From the NCBI GenBank assembly GCA_965214095.1, contig OZ243938.1, forward strand, positions 3,488,001-3,552,000: a stretch of DNA of 64,000 nucleotides, given 5' to 3'. Positions 29,492-39,447 of this stretch are shown here, piece by piece. Positions within the stretch are counted from its first letter, which is position 1; each line of letters starts with the position of its first letter. A program made the translations under genes and the position numbers. Origin of the DNA: Candidatus Poribacteria bacterium (lineage in GTDB: Bacteria; Poribacteria; WGA-4E; WGA-3G). Under the pieces are notes generated by a model. That model had not been told where the DNA came from and searched no databases. It saw nothing but the letters and a program-made list of their open reading frames with translations.

Positions 29492-29968
29492 ATGGCAAGT
29501 TATAACAAAGTCATTTTGATGGGAAATCTCACAAGAGACCCGGAAATGAAATATCTGCCAAGTGGAACTGCCGTTGCGAATTTTGGAATCGCTATGAGCG
29601 AAAAGTATACTGATAGACAAAGTGGCGAACAGAGAGAGAATGTCTGTTTTGTTGATGTAGAAGCGTGGGACAGGCAAGCCGAAATTGTTAATGAATACCT
29701 CAGTAAGGGTAGTCCCATCTTCCTTGAAGGGGCCCTAAAGTTTGACTCTTGGGAAACACCTGAAGGGGAAAAACGTAATAAACTCAAAGTTAGAATGTTC
29801 CGTATGCAATTAATTGGCGGCAGACAGGATAGTGATGAAGGAAGCAGTGGTTACACACAAGCTACACCATCAGACACAACACCGATGCAAGGGCAGCCTG
29901 ACCAGAGTTCTACACCATCGGCAGGAGAGAGTGATACATCCTCAACGGATGATGACATACCATTCTAA
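29492..29968 (+). CDS. ssb: Single-stranded DNA-binding protein
   Basis: NKVILMGNLTRDPE ... DDIPF. Confidence 0.97.
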   Translation: MASYNKVILMGNLTRDPEMKYLPSGTAVANFGIAMSEKYTDRQSGEQRENVCFVDVEAWDRQAEIVNEYLSKGSPIFLEGALKFDSWETPEGEKRNKLKVRMFRMQLIGGRQDSDEGSSGYTQATPSDTTPMQGQPDQSSTPSAGESDTSSTDDDIPF

Positions 29969-30045
29969 CAAATGCCGCGGAGGAAAAGTATCAGTTATAC
30001 CCATTTAAACTATTATAGTAATGAGAGATAAAGGAGTAGAAAAAC

Positions 30046-30246
30046 ATGGCTTATCGTCGGAGACCCCGTTATAGCAAGTTGGAATCCGTAGATTACAAAG
30101 ATGTAGATACGTTAAGGAAGTTTGTCAACGAACGCGGGAAAATCGTGAGTCGTAGAGCTTCTGGACTTTCTGCAAAACAGCAACGCATGGTAACCCGTGC
30201 TATCAAACGGGCGAGAGATATGGCATTATTGCCATTTACACGATAA
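30046..30246 (+). CDS. rpsR: 30S ribosomal protein S18
   Basis: DYKD..LRKF..ERGKI, AIKRAR..ALLPF. Confidence 0.97.
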   Translation: MAYRRRPRYSKLESVDYKDVDTLRKFVNERGKIVSRRASGLSAKQQRMVTRAIKRARDMALLPFTR

Positions 30247-30335
30247 TCTTAGATACATATTATCTTTAGGTGCAGGGTTTCTATTGAACAATTATCAAAT
30301 GTTTCATTGACAACTGCACTATTTGGATGGAAATT

Positions 30336-30785
30336 ATGGAAGTCATACTTAAAAAAAGAATTGATGGATTAGGAGATCCAGGGGATGTACTGAAGGTCGC
30401 TGCGGGTTACGCTCGGAATTATCTGTTACCTATGGATTTAGCAGTGCATGCAACGGAGCGAAATCGACGTTTCCTTGAGCATCAGAAACGAGTCATTGAT
30501 CAACAAGAATCGAAAGATAAAGAACAGGCACGTGAAATCGCATCTAAAATCGTTGATGTTACATGTCACTTAACTCGACGTGCAGGTGAAAACGACAGGC
30601 TATTCGGTTCAGTTACCCCCGCGGACATTGTAGAATCTTTGCGAGCAGCAGCCAATGTTGAACTTGATCGGCGCATCATAGAACTTTCTGAACCGATCCG
30701 TGAACTCGGTGCTTTTACTGTCATAGCAAAACTACATGCAGATGTAATAGTAGAATTACGGGTCGTTGTTGAGAGGGAAGAATAG
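30336..30785 (+). CDS. rplI: 50S ribosomal protein L9
   Basis: GYARNYLLP, LFGSVT. Confidence 0.96.
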   Translation: MEVILKKRIDGLGDPGDVLKVAAGYARNYLLPMDLAVHATERNRRFLEHQKRVIDQQESKDKEQAREIASKIVDVTCHLTRRAGENDRLFGSVTPADIVESLRAAANVELDRRIIELSEPIRELGAFTVIAKLHADVIVELRVVVEREE

Positions 30786-30839
30786 CGAGACTTTTCAAAT
30801 TACGGACATTGCCATTATCTGATTGATGGGGAAATAGTC

Positions 30840-32177
30840 ATGCAAACACAAGCAGTTGATTCGCTTATGGATAAAGAAGCTGAACAAGCGGTGCTTGGGT
30901 CAATGATGACAGAAAAGTCTATTATTCCTCGTATAGAGACCTTGCTCGGTCCAACGTCCGATGCCTTTTTCACTACGGATCATCAACTTATCTATACTGC
31001 AATTCTTGCCGTTTATAATCGTGTCAATGATGCGGATCCTATACTTGTTGCGAACGAGTTAAATCGGACAGATCAGTTGAATCGCGTGGGTGGGGCAGAT
31101 TATTTATATGAACTACAAGCCCCCATTGTTGAGACAGAAAGTGCGGAGTTTTATGCAGAAATTATCCGTGAAAAGGCTACACGCCGACGCCTTATCAGTG
31201 CCTCAACACAAATACATGATCTTGCACAAGATGAGAGTATAGAAATCAGCGATGTTCTTGACCAATCACAGGAAGCAGTTTTTGAACTTGGTCAAGATGG
31301 GGTAAAACGAGGTTTTGAACATATACAGTCCTTGCTTAAGCAAGGCATCAATATAATTGAAAAACTCTATCATAGTAAACAAAAGTTCTTAGGTGTTCCT
31401 ACTGGTTTCATAGATTTTGATAACTACACCTCAGGGTTGCAGCCGGGAAATTTCATTATCATTGCTGCTCGACCTAGTATGGGAAAAACGACCTTAGTCC
31501 TAAATATGGCACAAAACATTGCCATAGAACAAAGACTCCCAGTAGCCATATTTAGCCTTGAAATGCCAGCACAAGACATCGCCCTACGCATGCTTTCCGC
31601 TGAGTCACAGATCAATTTCGGACAACTACGGGCTGGCAAGTTTAATGAGGATTACTGGGCACCGTTGGGGCATAGCGTAGGCCGACTCGGTGAAGCCCCT
31701 ATATTGATAAATGATAATAGAGGGGTAACGGTACAGGGACTTCGTGCGGAAGCACGACGCTTAAAGGGAGATTATGAAAACCTTGCTTTAATTATCGTTG
31801 ACTACTTACAACTGCTACGCGGTACTGGACGATACAATGCACGTGAACAAGAAATCTCTGAAATTTCACGTGCTTTAAAAATACTTGCATGGGAATTGAA
31901 TGTACCTGTTCTTGCATGCTCACAACTCAATAGAGAGATAGAACGTCGTCCTAACAAACAACCGCAACTCTCAGATCTTCGTGAATCTGGTGCGATAGAA
32001 CAAGATGCTGACCTTGTTGCATTTCTTTACAGAGAAGATGTCTACGAAGATCAAGAAACTTACACTGAAGATGTAGTTGAAGCCTTATTATCAATAAAGA
32101 AACAACGTAACGGTCCAATTGGAGATGTTCCGCTACATTTTTGCAAAAGGCAGATGCGTTTTGAAAATGTAAAGTAA
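30840..32177 (+). CDS. dnaB: Replicative DNA helicase
   Basis: AARPSMGKT, FSLEM, IVDYLQL, SDLRESGAIEQDAD, KQRNGP. Confidence 0.97.
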   Translation: MQTQAVDSLMDKEAEQAVLGSMMTEKSIIPRIETLLGPTSDAFFTTDHQLIYTAILAVYNRVNDADPILVANELNRTDQLNRVGGADYLYELQAPIVETESAEFYAEIIREKATRRRLISASTQIHDLAQDESIEISDVLDQSQEAVFELGQDGVKRGFEHIQSLLKQGINIIEKLYHSKQKFLGVPTGFIDFDNYTSGLQPGNFIIIAARPSMGKTTLVLNMAQNIAIEQRLPVAIFSLEMPAQDIALRMLSAESQINFGQLRAGKFNEDYWAPLGHSVGRLGEAPILINDNRGVTVQGLRAEARRLKGDYENLALIIVDYLQLLRGTGRYNAREQEISEISRALKILAWELNVPVLACSQLNREIERRPNKQPQLSDLRESGAIEQDADLVAFLYREDVYEDQETYTEDVVEALLSIKKQRNGPIGDVPLHFCKRQMRFENVK

Positions 32178-32204
32178 ATTGTCTCCCCTGTTTGGAAGCT
32201 TAAT

Positions 32205-33029
32205 ATGTCACCTCCTTCTTCTACGCCAGCACCTTCAAATGGGTTGGCGTTCTTAATAAAAAAACGAATATACCATTCGCTCTCTGAATTAGGTGATGCT
32301 TTTCGTCTTCTTGGTGAAACGATTTTCCAAATATTTAGACCGCCGCTGCAGTTTGACTTGTTGATAAAGCAACTGCTCCTCATTGGGGTTAATTCCTTAG
32401 CAGTCGTTTTGTTATCCGGTTTCTTCACGGGGATGGTGTTGGGTGTTCAAGGATATGTGCAGTTAAAACCTTATGCAGTTGAAGGGTCAGTTGCTCAATT
32501 TGTCAGTGTTTCTGTAGTTAAAGAACTGGGACCAATGATTACCGCGTTTGTCCTTTCAGGACGTATCGGTGCGTCCATAACTGCTGAACTTTCAACAATG
32601 AAGGTCACCGAACAAATTGACGCGCTTGAAGTGATGGGAACAAATCCTGTCAAATATCTGGTTGTTCCACGTTTTCTCGCCTGTTCTTTTATGCTCCCAA
32701 CCCTTACAATCTTTTCTACTTTTGCTGGCATCTTCGGTGGATATGTCGCGGTCGTTACGCTCTTCGGTTTCAATGGAGACTTTTACATTCTGCAAGTACA
32801 AAAACATCTGTTCATCGGGAGTGTGTTAATCAGTTTAATCAAAGCAACTTCATTTGGAATGGCAATCGCAGCCGTTGGGTGCTACAAAGGAATCAGCATT
32901 TCAACAGCAGGAGGGGCAGAAGGTGTTGGAACAGCAACAACTGGTTCTGCAGTCATCTCTCTGATAACTATCTTGATTTTAGACTTTGTTCTGAACCATA
33001 TACTGTTTAACATCTTAGGAATGGTATAA
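32205..33029 (+). CDS. mlaE: MlaE-family ABC permease
   Basis: ELGP, MKVTEQIDALEVMG.NP..YLVVPR, GAEGVG.AT. Confidence 0.92.
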   Translation: MSPPSSTPAPSNGLAFLIKKRIYHSLSELGDAFRLLGETIFQIFRPPLQFDLLIKQLLLIGVNSLAVVLLSGFFTGMVLGVQGYVQLKPYAVEGSVAQFVSVSVVKELGPMITAFVLSGRIGASITAELSTMKVTEQIDALEVMGTNPVKYLVVPRFLACSFMLPTLTIFSTFAGIFGGYVAVVTLFGFNGDFYILQVQKHLFIGSVLISLIKATSFGMAIAAVGCYKGISISTAGGAEGVGTATTGSAVISLITILILDFVLNHILFNILGMV

Positions 33030-33066
33030 CAATTGATTGACAGGAACAAATTACGATATAATAACT

Positions 33067-33855
33067 ATGATCACTGTTAAAAACGTCAGAAAAGCATTTG
33101 GTGAGAAAGAAGTACTAAACGGATTAGACCTTGAAATCCCAAAAGGTGAGACTCTTGTTATTATGGGACGAAGCGGCTGTGGAAAAAGCGTTTTGCTCAA
33201 AATTATCGCAGGTCTCCTTTCTATAGATGAAGGTGAAGTTTGGGTTGATGGAACTGAAATTACAGAACTTAAAAGGAAACCATTGAACCAAATTCGTAGA
33301 AAAATCGGGATGCTTTTTCAATCCGCAGCACTATTTGATTCGATGAGTGTAGCCGAAAATATCGCCTTTATGCTTGACCAACATACCAATTTATCACAGA
33401 AAGAAATGCGAGAGATCGTTGATGAAAAACTGAATTTAGTTGACTTAGATGGTGTGCAAGACCTACGACCTGCACAACTCAGTGGGGGTATGCGGAAGCG
33501 GGTCGGTTTAGCACGAGCACTTGCTTTTAATCCGGAGATCATCTTATACGATGAACCTACAACCGGACTTGACCCAGTTACCTGTACCGAGATAAATCAG
33601 TTGATCCGAGATCTGAACCAGAAACTGCAGGTAACATCTATCGTAGTGACACACGATATGCACAGTGCTTTTAGCGTTGGGACCCTTATGGTCATGCTAC
33701 ATGAAGGTAGGAAACTTGCTTACGGTACGCCTGAAGAAATAATAAATGAAGACAATCCGATTTTACAACAGTTTATTCTATTTGGTGCACCAGATCAGAT
33801 CCTAAATATAGACGATCCAACTTTGAGAAAATATACAGGGAGAGATACTCAATGA
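33067..33855 (+). CDS. mlaF: MlaF-family ABC ATPase
   Basis: GRSGCGKS, LSGGMRKR, YDEPTTGLDP. Confidence 0.92.
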   Translation: MITVKNVRKAFGEKEVLNGLDLEIPKGETLVIMGRSGCGKSVLLKIIAGLLSIDEGEVWVDGTEITELKRKPLNQIRRKIGMLFQSAALFDSMSVAENIAFMLDQHTNLSQKEMREIVDEKLNLVDLDGVQDLRPAQLSGGMRKRVGLARALAFNPEIILYDEPTTGLDPVTCTEINQLIRDLNQKLQVTSIVVTHDMHSAFSVGTLMVMLHEGRKLAYGTPEEIINEDNPILQQFILFGAPDQILNIDDPTLRKYTGRDTQ

Positions 33856-35423
33856 AGTTTTGGAGTCCATCTGTTAAAGTCGGACTAATGGTTATTGTGG
33901 CTTTTATCTTACTTGGTATACTCCTCACCAATTCTGCAAATTTACCCTGGGGAACACCTGGAGACGAAGTAACATTCCAATTTCGTGCAGTTAACGGGTT
34001 ATATGTTGGTTCAGGTGTATTGCTGTCTGGTGTCTCTATCGGTAAGGTAACACACATTATACTTCAACCTGAAACAAATACAGTTGAAATCCGAGCACGT
34101 GTCAAGAACGCTTTTCAATGGCTTAGACAAGGATGCGAAGCACACATTTCAATGAGTGGGTTTGTTGGTGAGATATTCATCTCACTAAAAAACGGTGAAG
34201 TCGGTGCCACACCACTGCAACCATCAGATTTACCTATTATCGGTATTGACCCTGTAAATCCGTTGGAATTACTTGAGCAAACCAGTTCAGGATTGAGTAA
34301 AGCCATTGATTTAACCTCCGCAGCTAACGAACTCTTACAAGCAAATCAGGAAGAAATTCAGCAAGGGATTAAAGAGACAAGAGGTTTGGTGGCACAGACA
34401 GGTGAAACACTAAAAAAATTCAATGACAATATGGACGAAACTGTAAGAATTTTATTAGATCTGGCTGCGAAAAATGACAAACGGGTTGAAGATACACTTA
34501 ACAATATGAATCAACTCTTAACCCAACTCGGCAATGATTCCTTAATCCTTAGTAGCCAAGTCAGCGATATCAGTCGTTCATTACTCACACTCGTCGACCA
34601 GAATTTTCCGAGAGTCAATAGGATATTGTCAGACTTACAGCAAGGAACTAATGATTTTCGACGATTAGCAACACAATCCCGAGAAGATTTGAGTTCAATA
34701 ACAAACGATATTTCTAACCTGATTGCCCAAGGAAGCACTGTTATTGAAGAAGGAAGTACCGAAATCAAACCCATTATTAAAAACCTTCAGTCAGCAACAG
34801 CGTCACTTTCTACATTAAATACTAATGTAAATGAAATTTTAGTTACAATCAAAGATGGCAAAGGCACAGTCTCACAACTGTTGAACAATCCAGAACCGCT
34901 TGCTGATGCAAAAGAAACTTTTAATAATCTTAATGAGCTTCTTATAGGACTCACTAATTTCTATGAACAAACAGATGAACAATTAAAAGGTTTTAAATTT
35001 CCCGATTTTTCGTGGGATACTGAACTTCAATATCTTAGTCTTGAAGAAAATCTACATACTGAATTTGGGTTTTCGCTGATACCGATGCCGCCATCAAAGA
35101 ACAGTTACCGTTTCGGTTTAGGTATTCGTGAGGAAAAGATTGGCGTGGAATTCCAATATGCATACAAGTTCACAGACTATTTACGCGGGCGATTTGGATT
35201 TATGCGTTCCAATGTAGGTGCGGGAGTTGATCTAATGGCGTGGAATCAAAGATTAGTTCTCGGAATTGAAAGTGTAGGTTTAACGCAAGACAGACCTGAA
35301 CTAAACGCAGAAATGGGTTTCCGATTTTTCCGAGGTGGTCATATCCTCTTCGGTGTAGAAAATTGGTGGAGTGAAGATAGACGTTGGACCGCGGGGATTA
35401 AACTCATTACAAGTGATTGGTAA
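33852..35423 (+). CDS. MCE/MlaD family protein with a long helical region and a C-terminal beta-rich domain
   Basis: N-terminal TM, GL..GS.V...GV.IGKV, GEIFI; helical middle; ends in alternating beta strands and Trp. Confidence 0.88.
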   Translation: MKFWSPSVKVGLMVIVAFILLGILLTNSANLPWGTPGDEVTFQFRAVNGLYVGSGVLLSGVSIGKVTHIILQPETNTVEIRARVKNAFQWLRQGCEAHISMSGFVGEIFISLKNGEVGATPLQPSDLPIIGIDPVNPLELLEQTSSGLSKAIDLTSAANELLQANQEEIQQGIKETRGLVAQTGETLKKFNDNMDETVRILLDLAAKNDKRVEDTLNNMNQLLTQLGNDSLILSSQVSDISRSLLTLVDQNFPRVNRILSDLQQGTNDFRRLATQSREDLSSITNDISNLIAQGSTVIEEGSTEIKPIIKNLQSATASLSTLNTNVNEILVTIKDGKGTVSQLLNNPEPLADAKETFNNLNELLIGLTNFYEQTDEQLKGFKFPDFSWDTELQYLSLEENLHTEFGFSLIPMPPSKNSYRFGLGIREEKIGVEFQYAYKFTDYLRGRFGFMRSNVGAGVDLMAWNQRLVLGIESVGLTQDRPELNAEMGFRFFRGGHILFGVENWWSEDRRWTAGIKLITSDW

Positions 35424-35507
35424 GACGGTTCTCAACTACAATATAGTTTTTGTATTGTAGGCAACTAACTGATGTATGATAAACGCCAATAGCATTTAGT
35501 GGTCCTT

Positions 35508-36869
35508 ATGGCACAAGCAAAGCACAAATTTGTCTGTCAAGAATGTGGATATACAACGCCGAGAGGACTTGGCAAATGTCCCGGATGTCAGGCTTGGAAT
35601 AGTTTCGCTGAAGAAACAGAAATCGTTTCCACATCTCCTGTACATCGGAGTATCGGTCAACTTTCCAATAAACCTGAAGCAATATCGGACGTTAAAACGG
35701 AAGATATAGAACGACAACTCACTGGGATGCCTGAGTTTGACAGAGTTTTGGGGGGTGGTATTGTTCCAGGGTCGGTAGTTCTTATTGGTGGTGACCCGGG
35801 TATAGGTAAATCAACGCTCTTATTACAAGCAAGCGATGCCCTTAGTCGCAAATACGGGAATGTGCTTTATGTTTCTGGCGAAGAATCGGTTAATCAAACG
35901 AAGATACGTTCAAACCGACTTGGCGTAACTTCAGAGACACTCTATGTTCTATGTGAAAATAATTTAGAACTTATTGAAAAAGAGATAGAAAAACTTCAGC
36001 CTCAAGCCGTTGTTATCGACTCTATTCAATCTGTCTATCTTACGGAATTTCAATCTGCGCCAGGCAGTATCACACAAATACGTGAATGTGCCGCGCAACT
36101 CCTAATTTGTGCTAAGAATCACAACATACCGATTTTTCTCGTTGGACATGTGACAAAAGAGGGAACATTAGCAGGTCCACGTGTTTTAGAACACATAGTG
36201 GATACTGTATTATATTTTGAAGGTGAACGAGACCACATATACCGCATCCTCCGAGCAATAAAAAACCGATTCGGTTCAACCAATGAACTCGGTATTTTTG
36301 AGATGCAGAACAAAGGACTTGTGGATGTTAAAAATCCATCGCAACTTTTTTTAAGCGATAGAGAAGAAGAGATCTCTGGTTCTGTCGTTGTATCAAGTAT
36401 GGAAGGCACGCGTCCTCTGTTATTGGAGGTACAGGCATTAGTCGCACCAACACACTACGGCACACCACGGAACACGGCAACAGGTGTAGACCGAAACCGA
36501 GTTGCACTATTGATTGCAGTGTTGAGTAAAAGAATTGGATTAGACATCGGAGATTCCGATGTATTTGTAAACATTACTGGAGGGTTGCGAGTTAATGAAC
36601 CTGGAATTGACCTCGGTGTTTTAATGGCAATTATATCTAACCACCGTAACATCCCGATAGATCCTCAAACAGTGGTAATTGGCGAAGTCGGATTAGGTGG
36701 AGAAATTAGACCCGTACCGCATCTGGAAACACGGATCCGAGAAGCAGCAAAACTCGGATTCACGCGTGCAATTTTTCCTAAATATCATCAGAAAGGATTA
36801 GAAATCAATGAGAATATAGAACTCATTGGCGTGAAGAATATATATGATAGTCTAAGTAATTTATTGTAA
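35508..36869 (+). CDS. radA: DNA repair protein RadA/Sms
   Basis: C4 zinc finger, GGDPGIGKST, KNRFG. Confidence 0.96.
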   Translation: MAQAKHKFVCQECGYTTPRGLGKCPGCQAWNSFAEETEIVSTSPVHRSIGQLSNKPEAISDVKTEDIERQLTGMPEFDRVLGGGIVPGSVVLIGGDPGIGKSTLLLQASDALSRKYGNVLYVSGEESVNQTKIRSNRLGVTSETLYVLCENNLELIEKEIEKLQPQAVVIDSIQSVYLTEFQSAPGSITQIRECAAQLLICAKNHNIPIFLVGHVTKEGTLAGPRVLEHIVDTVLYFEGERDHIYRILRAIKNRFGSTNELGIFEMQNKGLVDVKNPSQLFLSDREEEISGSVVVSSMEGTRPLLLEVQALVAPTHYGTPRNTATGVDRNRVALLIAVLSKRIGLDIGDSDVFVNITGGLRVNEPGIDLGVLMAIISNHRNIPIDPQTVVIGEVGLGGEIRPVPHLETRIREAAKLGFTRAIFPKYHQKGLEINENIELIGVKNIYDSLSNLL

Positions 36870-37073
36870 CACAAACTCAAACAGCAGCAAATTCGGTGAT
36901 GCATTTGTTATGTATTGAAAATACAATTGCAAACGAAGAAAGTTCCTGTAGATCAACAAATATGTCATTAGCATGTATCTTCTCATCAGAAGGGTAATAC
37001 CTCAAGAAGATACGGAACAACGTTCAATAGCGATGAAACGTGTTTCACCGCTACAAACGGTTGAAAAAGAACT

Positions 37074-38108
37074 ATGCAAATTTGGGTAATTCGTATCTTA
37101 TTTATTGTCGCAAGTGCTGTCGTCTGCTATCTGCCAGATAGTAACATTACCAATGGCGGTGTCGGGCTTGCAATTGCAACTGCCCTTGTTGTAGGGGAGA
37201 AATTCCTTCGTGTAACCCACACGCGTAGACTTGTCGCAAGTGTTGTTGGACTTGCATTCGGTCTGCTGATTTCTTTGCTTGGGTTGTACTTATTCAATCT
37301 ATCAAACGCATCACCCGATCAAGACAATTTCTCATTGCCTGGACTATTAGAGAATGTGATTATTCTCGGATTCGGCTATATTGGTATGGTATGTGGATAC
37401 TATATATCCGAAAGTGTCCCGATTGTCCGATTGTTCAATTCCCATCGTTACACACAAATGGGGACACCTTATGCCACAAACGAATCCAACGGATTTAAAC
37501 TATTAGATACAAGCGTTATTATTGATGGACGTATCCTTGAAATCTGTGAGACACAATTTGTTGACGGGACTCTACTCATCCCGCGTTTTGTTCTAAATGA
37601 ATTGCAACATATTGCCGATTCAACTGATCTATTACGAAGAAACAAAGGGAGACGGGGTTTTGACATCCTCCGATCTCTTCAAAACAGTCCATCTATTGTA
37701 GTAGAAATCATAGAAGAAGATGTGCCACATCTTGATGAAGTGGATGCGAAACTCGTACACCTTGCCCGTAAACATTTCGCAAAAATCATTACGAATGACT
37801 TGAACCTAAACAAAGTTGCAGAATTACAAGGTGTCACAGTATTAAACATCAATGAGTTAGCAAATGCCATCCGTCCAATTGTCGTTGCAGGTGAAATCAT
37901 TCAGGTTCATCTACAAAAAGTGGGTAAAGAGCCAAAGCAAGGTGTAGGTTATCTTGATGACGGAACGATGGTTATCGTTGAAGATGGAAAATCGTATATC
38001 GGACAGACAATTGATGTTGTCGTGACACAGATGTTACGAACTAGCACAGGGCAGATGATCTTCGCGCGAAATGTTGACGAGTCATTAACAGAGAAAGGGT
38101 TTCGATGA
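37074..38108 (+). CDS. Membrane PIN/TRAM domain protein (YacL-like)
   Basis: LDTSVIIDGRI, ELQHIADS, TND.NL.KVA, QGVGYLDDGTM. Confidence 0.92.
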   Translation: MQIWVIRILFIVASAVVCYLPDSNITNGGVGLAIATALVVGEKFLRVTHTRRLVASVVGLAFGLLISLLGLYLFNLSNASPDQDNFSLPGLLENVIILGFGYIGMVCGYYISESVPIVRLFNSHRYTQMGTPYATNESNGFKLLDTSVIIDGRILEICETQFVDGTLLIPRFVLNELQHIADSTDLLRRNKGRRGFDILRSLQNSPSIVVEIIEEDVPHLDEVDAKLVHLARKHFAKIITNDLNLNKVAELQGVTVLNINELANAIRPIVVAGEIIQVHLQKVGKEPKQGVGYLDDGTMVIVEDGKSYIGQTIDVVVTQMLRTSTGQMIFARNVDESLTEKGFR

Positions 38109-38815
38109 AATGGCAACAGATGAACAGTAAGATTTCTGTCCTAATTCCTGCTGCCGGACAAGGCAAGCGGATGGAGACATCTGTTAAAAAACCTTATTTG
38201 ATGTTAGGTGATAGACCGATTCTGTCGCATACGATTGATCAATTTGAACAGAACAGTGTCATTGACGAAATTATAGTAATTGTTAACGAATCAGATCTCA
38301 CAACGTGTAAAGAAAGTGTGATTTCACCCTTTCGGTTTAGAAAGGTTCAAGAATTGGTAGCAGGTGGTGAAACACGACAAGTTTCTGTATTCAATGGACT
38401 CCGCACACTTACCGACGATGTTGATTATGTTGTTATTCATGATGGTGTGCGTCCGTTTATAGATGATGATATTATATTCAGATGTCTTGAAGCTACTGCG
38501 GAATGCGGGGCAAGCGTAGCTGCTGTGCCTGTAAAAGAGACCATAAAAGTAGCAAACAGAGATCTCTATATAGACCACACACCTGAACGTGATCTGTTAT
38601 GGCGAGTGCAGACACCACAGGTTTTCCGAAAATCGCTTCTCGTAGCAGCATACAATAAGGCTATTGAAGAGGGGATAAGTGCTCCAGACGATGCGATATT
38701 AGTTGAAAAACTTGGGCACCCAGTAAAATTGGTGATGGGAAGTTATAGGAACGTGAAACTTACAACACCCGATGATCTGCTACTCGCAGAAACTTTGCTA
38801 AATGAAGAAGAATAA
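38105..38815 (+). CDS. ispD: 2-C-methyl-D-erythritol 4-phosphate cytidylyltransferase
   Basis: AAGQGKRM, GGETRQ.SV, IHDGVRP, QTPQ.F. Confidence 0.95.
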   Translation: MKWQQMNSKISVLIPAAGQGKRMETSVKKPYLMLGDRPILSHTIDQFEQNSVIDEIIVIVNESDLTTCKESVISPFRFRKVQELVAGGETRQVSVFNGLRTLTDDVDYVVIHDGVRPFIDDDIIFRCLEATAECGASVAAVPVKETIKVANRDLYIDHTPERDLLWRVQTPQVFRKSLLVAAYNKAIEEGISAPDDAILVEKLGHPVKLVMGSYRNVKLTTPDDLLLAETLLNEEE

Positions 38816-38837
38816 GGTATAATAAATTGGACATTAT

Positions 38838-39311
38838 ATGCGGATAGGGATAGGTTACGACGTACATCAACTTGTTGAAAATCGAAAGTTGATTTTGGGC
38901 GGTGTAGAAATCCCTTATCACTTAGGACTTTTAGGTCATTCAGATGCAGATGTATTAACACACGCTATCTGTGATGCGATTTTAGGGGCAGCTGCATTAG
39001 GAGATATAGGAACGCACTTTCCAGATACAGACGATAGTTACGCAGAAATGGACAGTCAATTTTTCCTGCAATCTATCGCAGCAATGGTTAAAGAACAGAA
39101 CTATATTATTGAAAATATTGATAGCACAGTGGTTGCACAAAAACCTCAATTGGCACCGTATATCTTACAAATGCGGCAAGTAATCGCAAAAACATTAGGT
39201 ATATCGGATGCACAAGTCAGCGTAAAAGCAACTACTGCAGAAAATTTAGGGATTGTCGGGGAAGGCAAAGCAATAGTCGCTCAAGCAACTGTTTGTCTTT
39301 CCAAAGATTAA
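38838..39311 (+). CDS. ispF: MECDP synthase
   Basis: GYDVH, GHSDADV, GDIGTHFPD, KATT.E. Confidence 0.96.
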   Translation: MRIGIGYDVHQLVENRKLILGGVEIPYHLGLLGHSDADVLTHAICDAILGAAALGDIGTHFPDTDDSYAEMDSQFFLQSIAAMVKEQNYIIENIDSTVVAQKPQLAPYILQMRQVIAKTLGISDAQVSVKATTAENLGIVGEGKAIVAQATVCLSKD

Positions 39312-39323
39312 TTGTGAACTCCT

Positions 39324-39396
39324 CGGTAGATGCGGTTTCCTAACCGCATCTATGAGACTGATCAAACACCGGTTCGGTTAGGAAACTGAACTTACC
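39324..39396. repeat. Inverted pair of REP-like elements (GTAG + hairpin family A)
   Basis: CGGTAGATGCGGTTTCCTAACCGCATC and an inverted degenerate copy GGTTCGGTTAGGAAACTGAACTTACC. Confidence 0.75.
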
Positions 39397-39447
39397 TTAG
39401 TGTGTAAATAATTATGATTTTTGCTATAAATTACAAAGGAATAGTGG

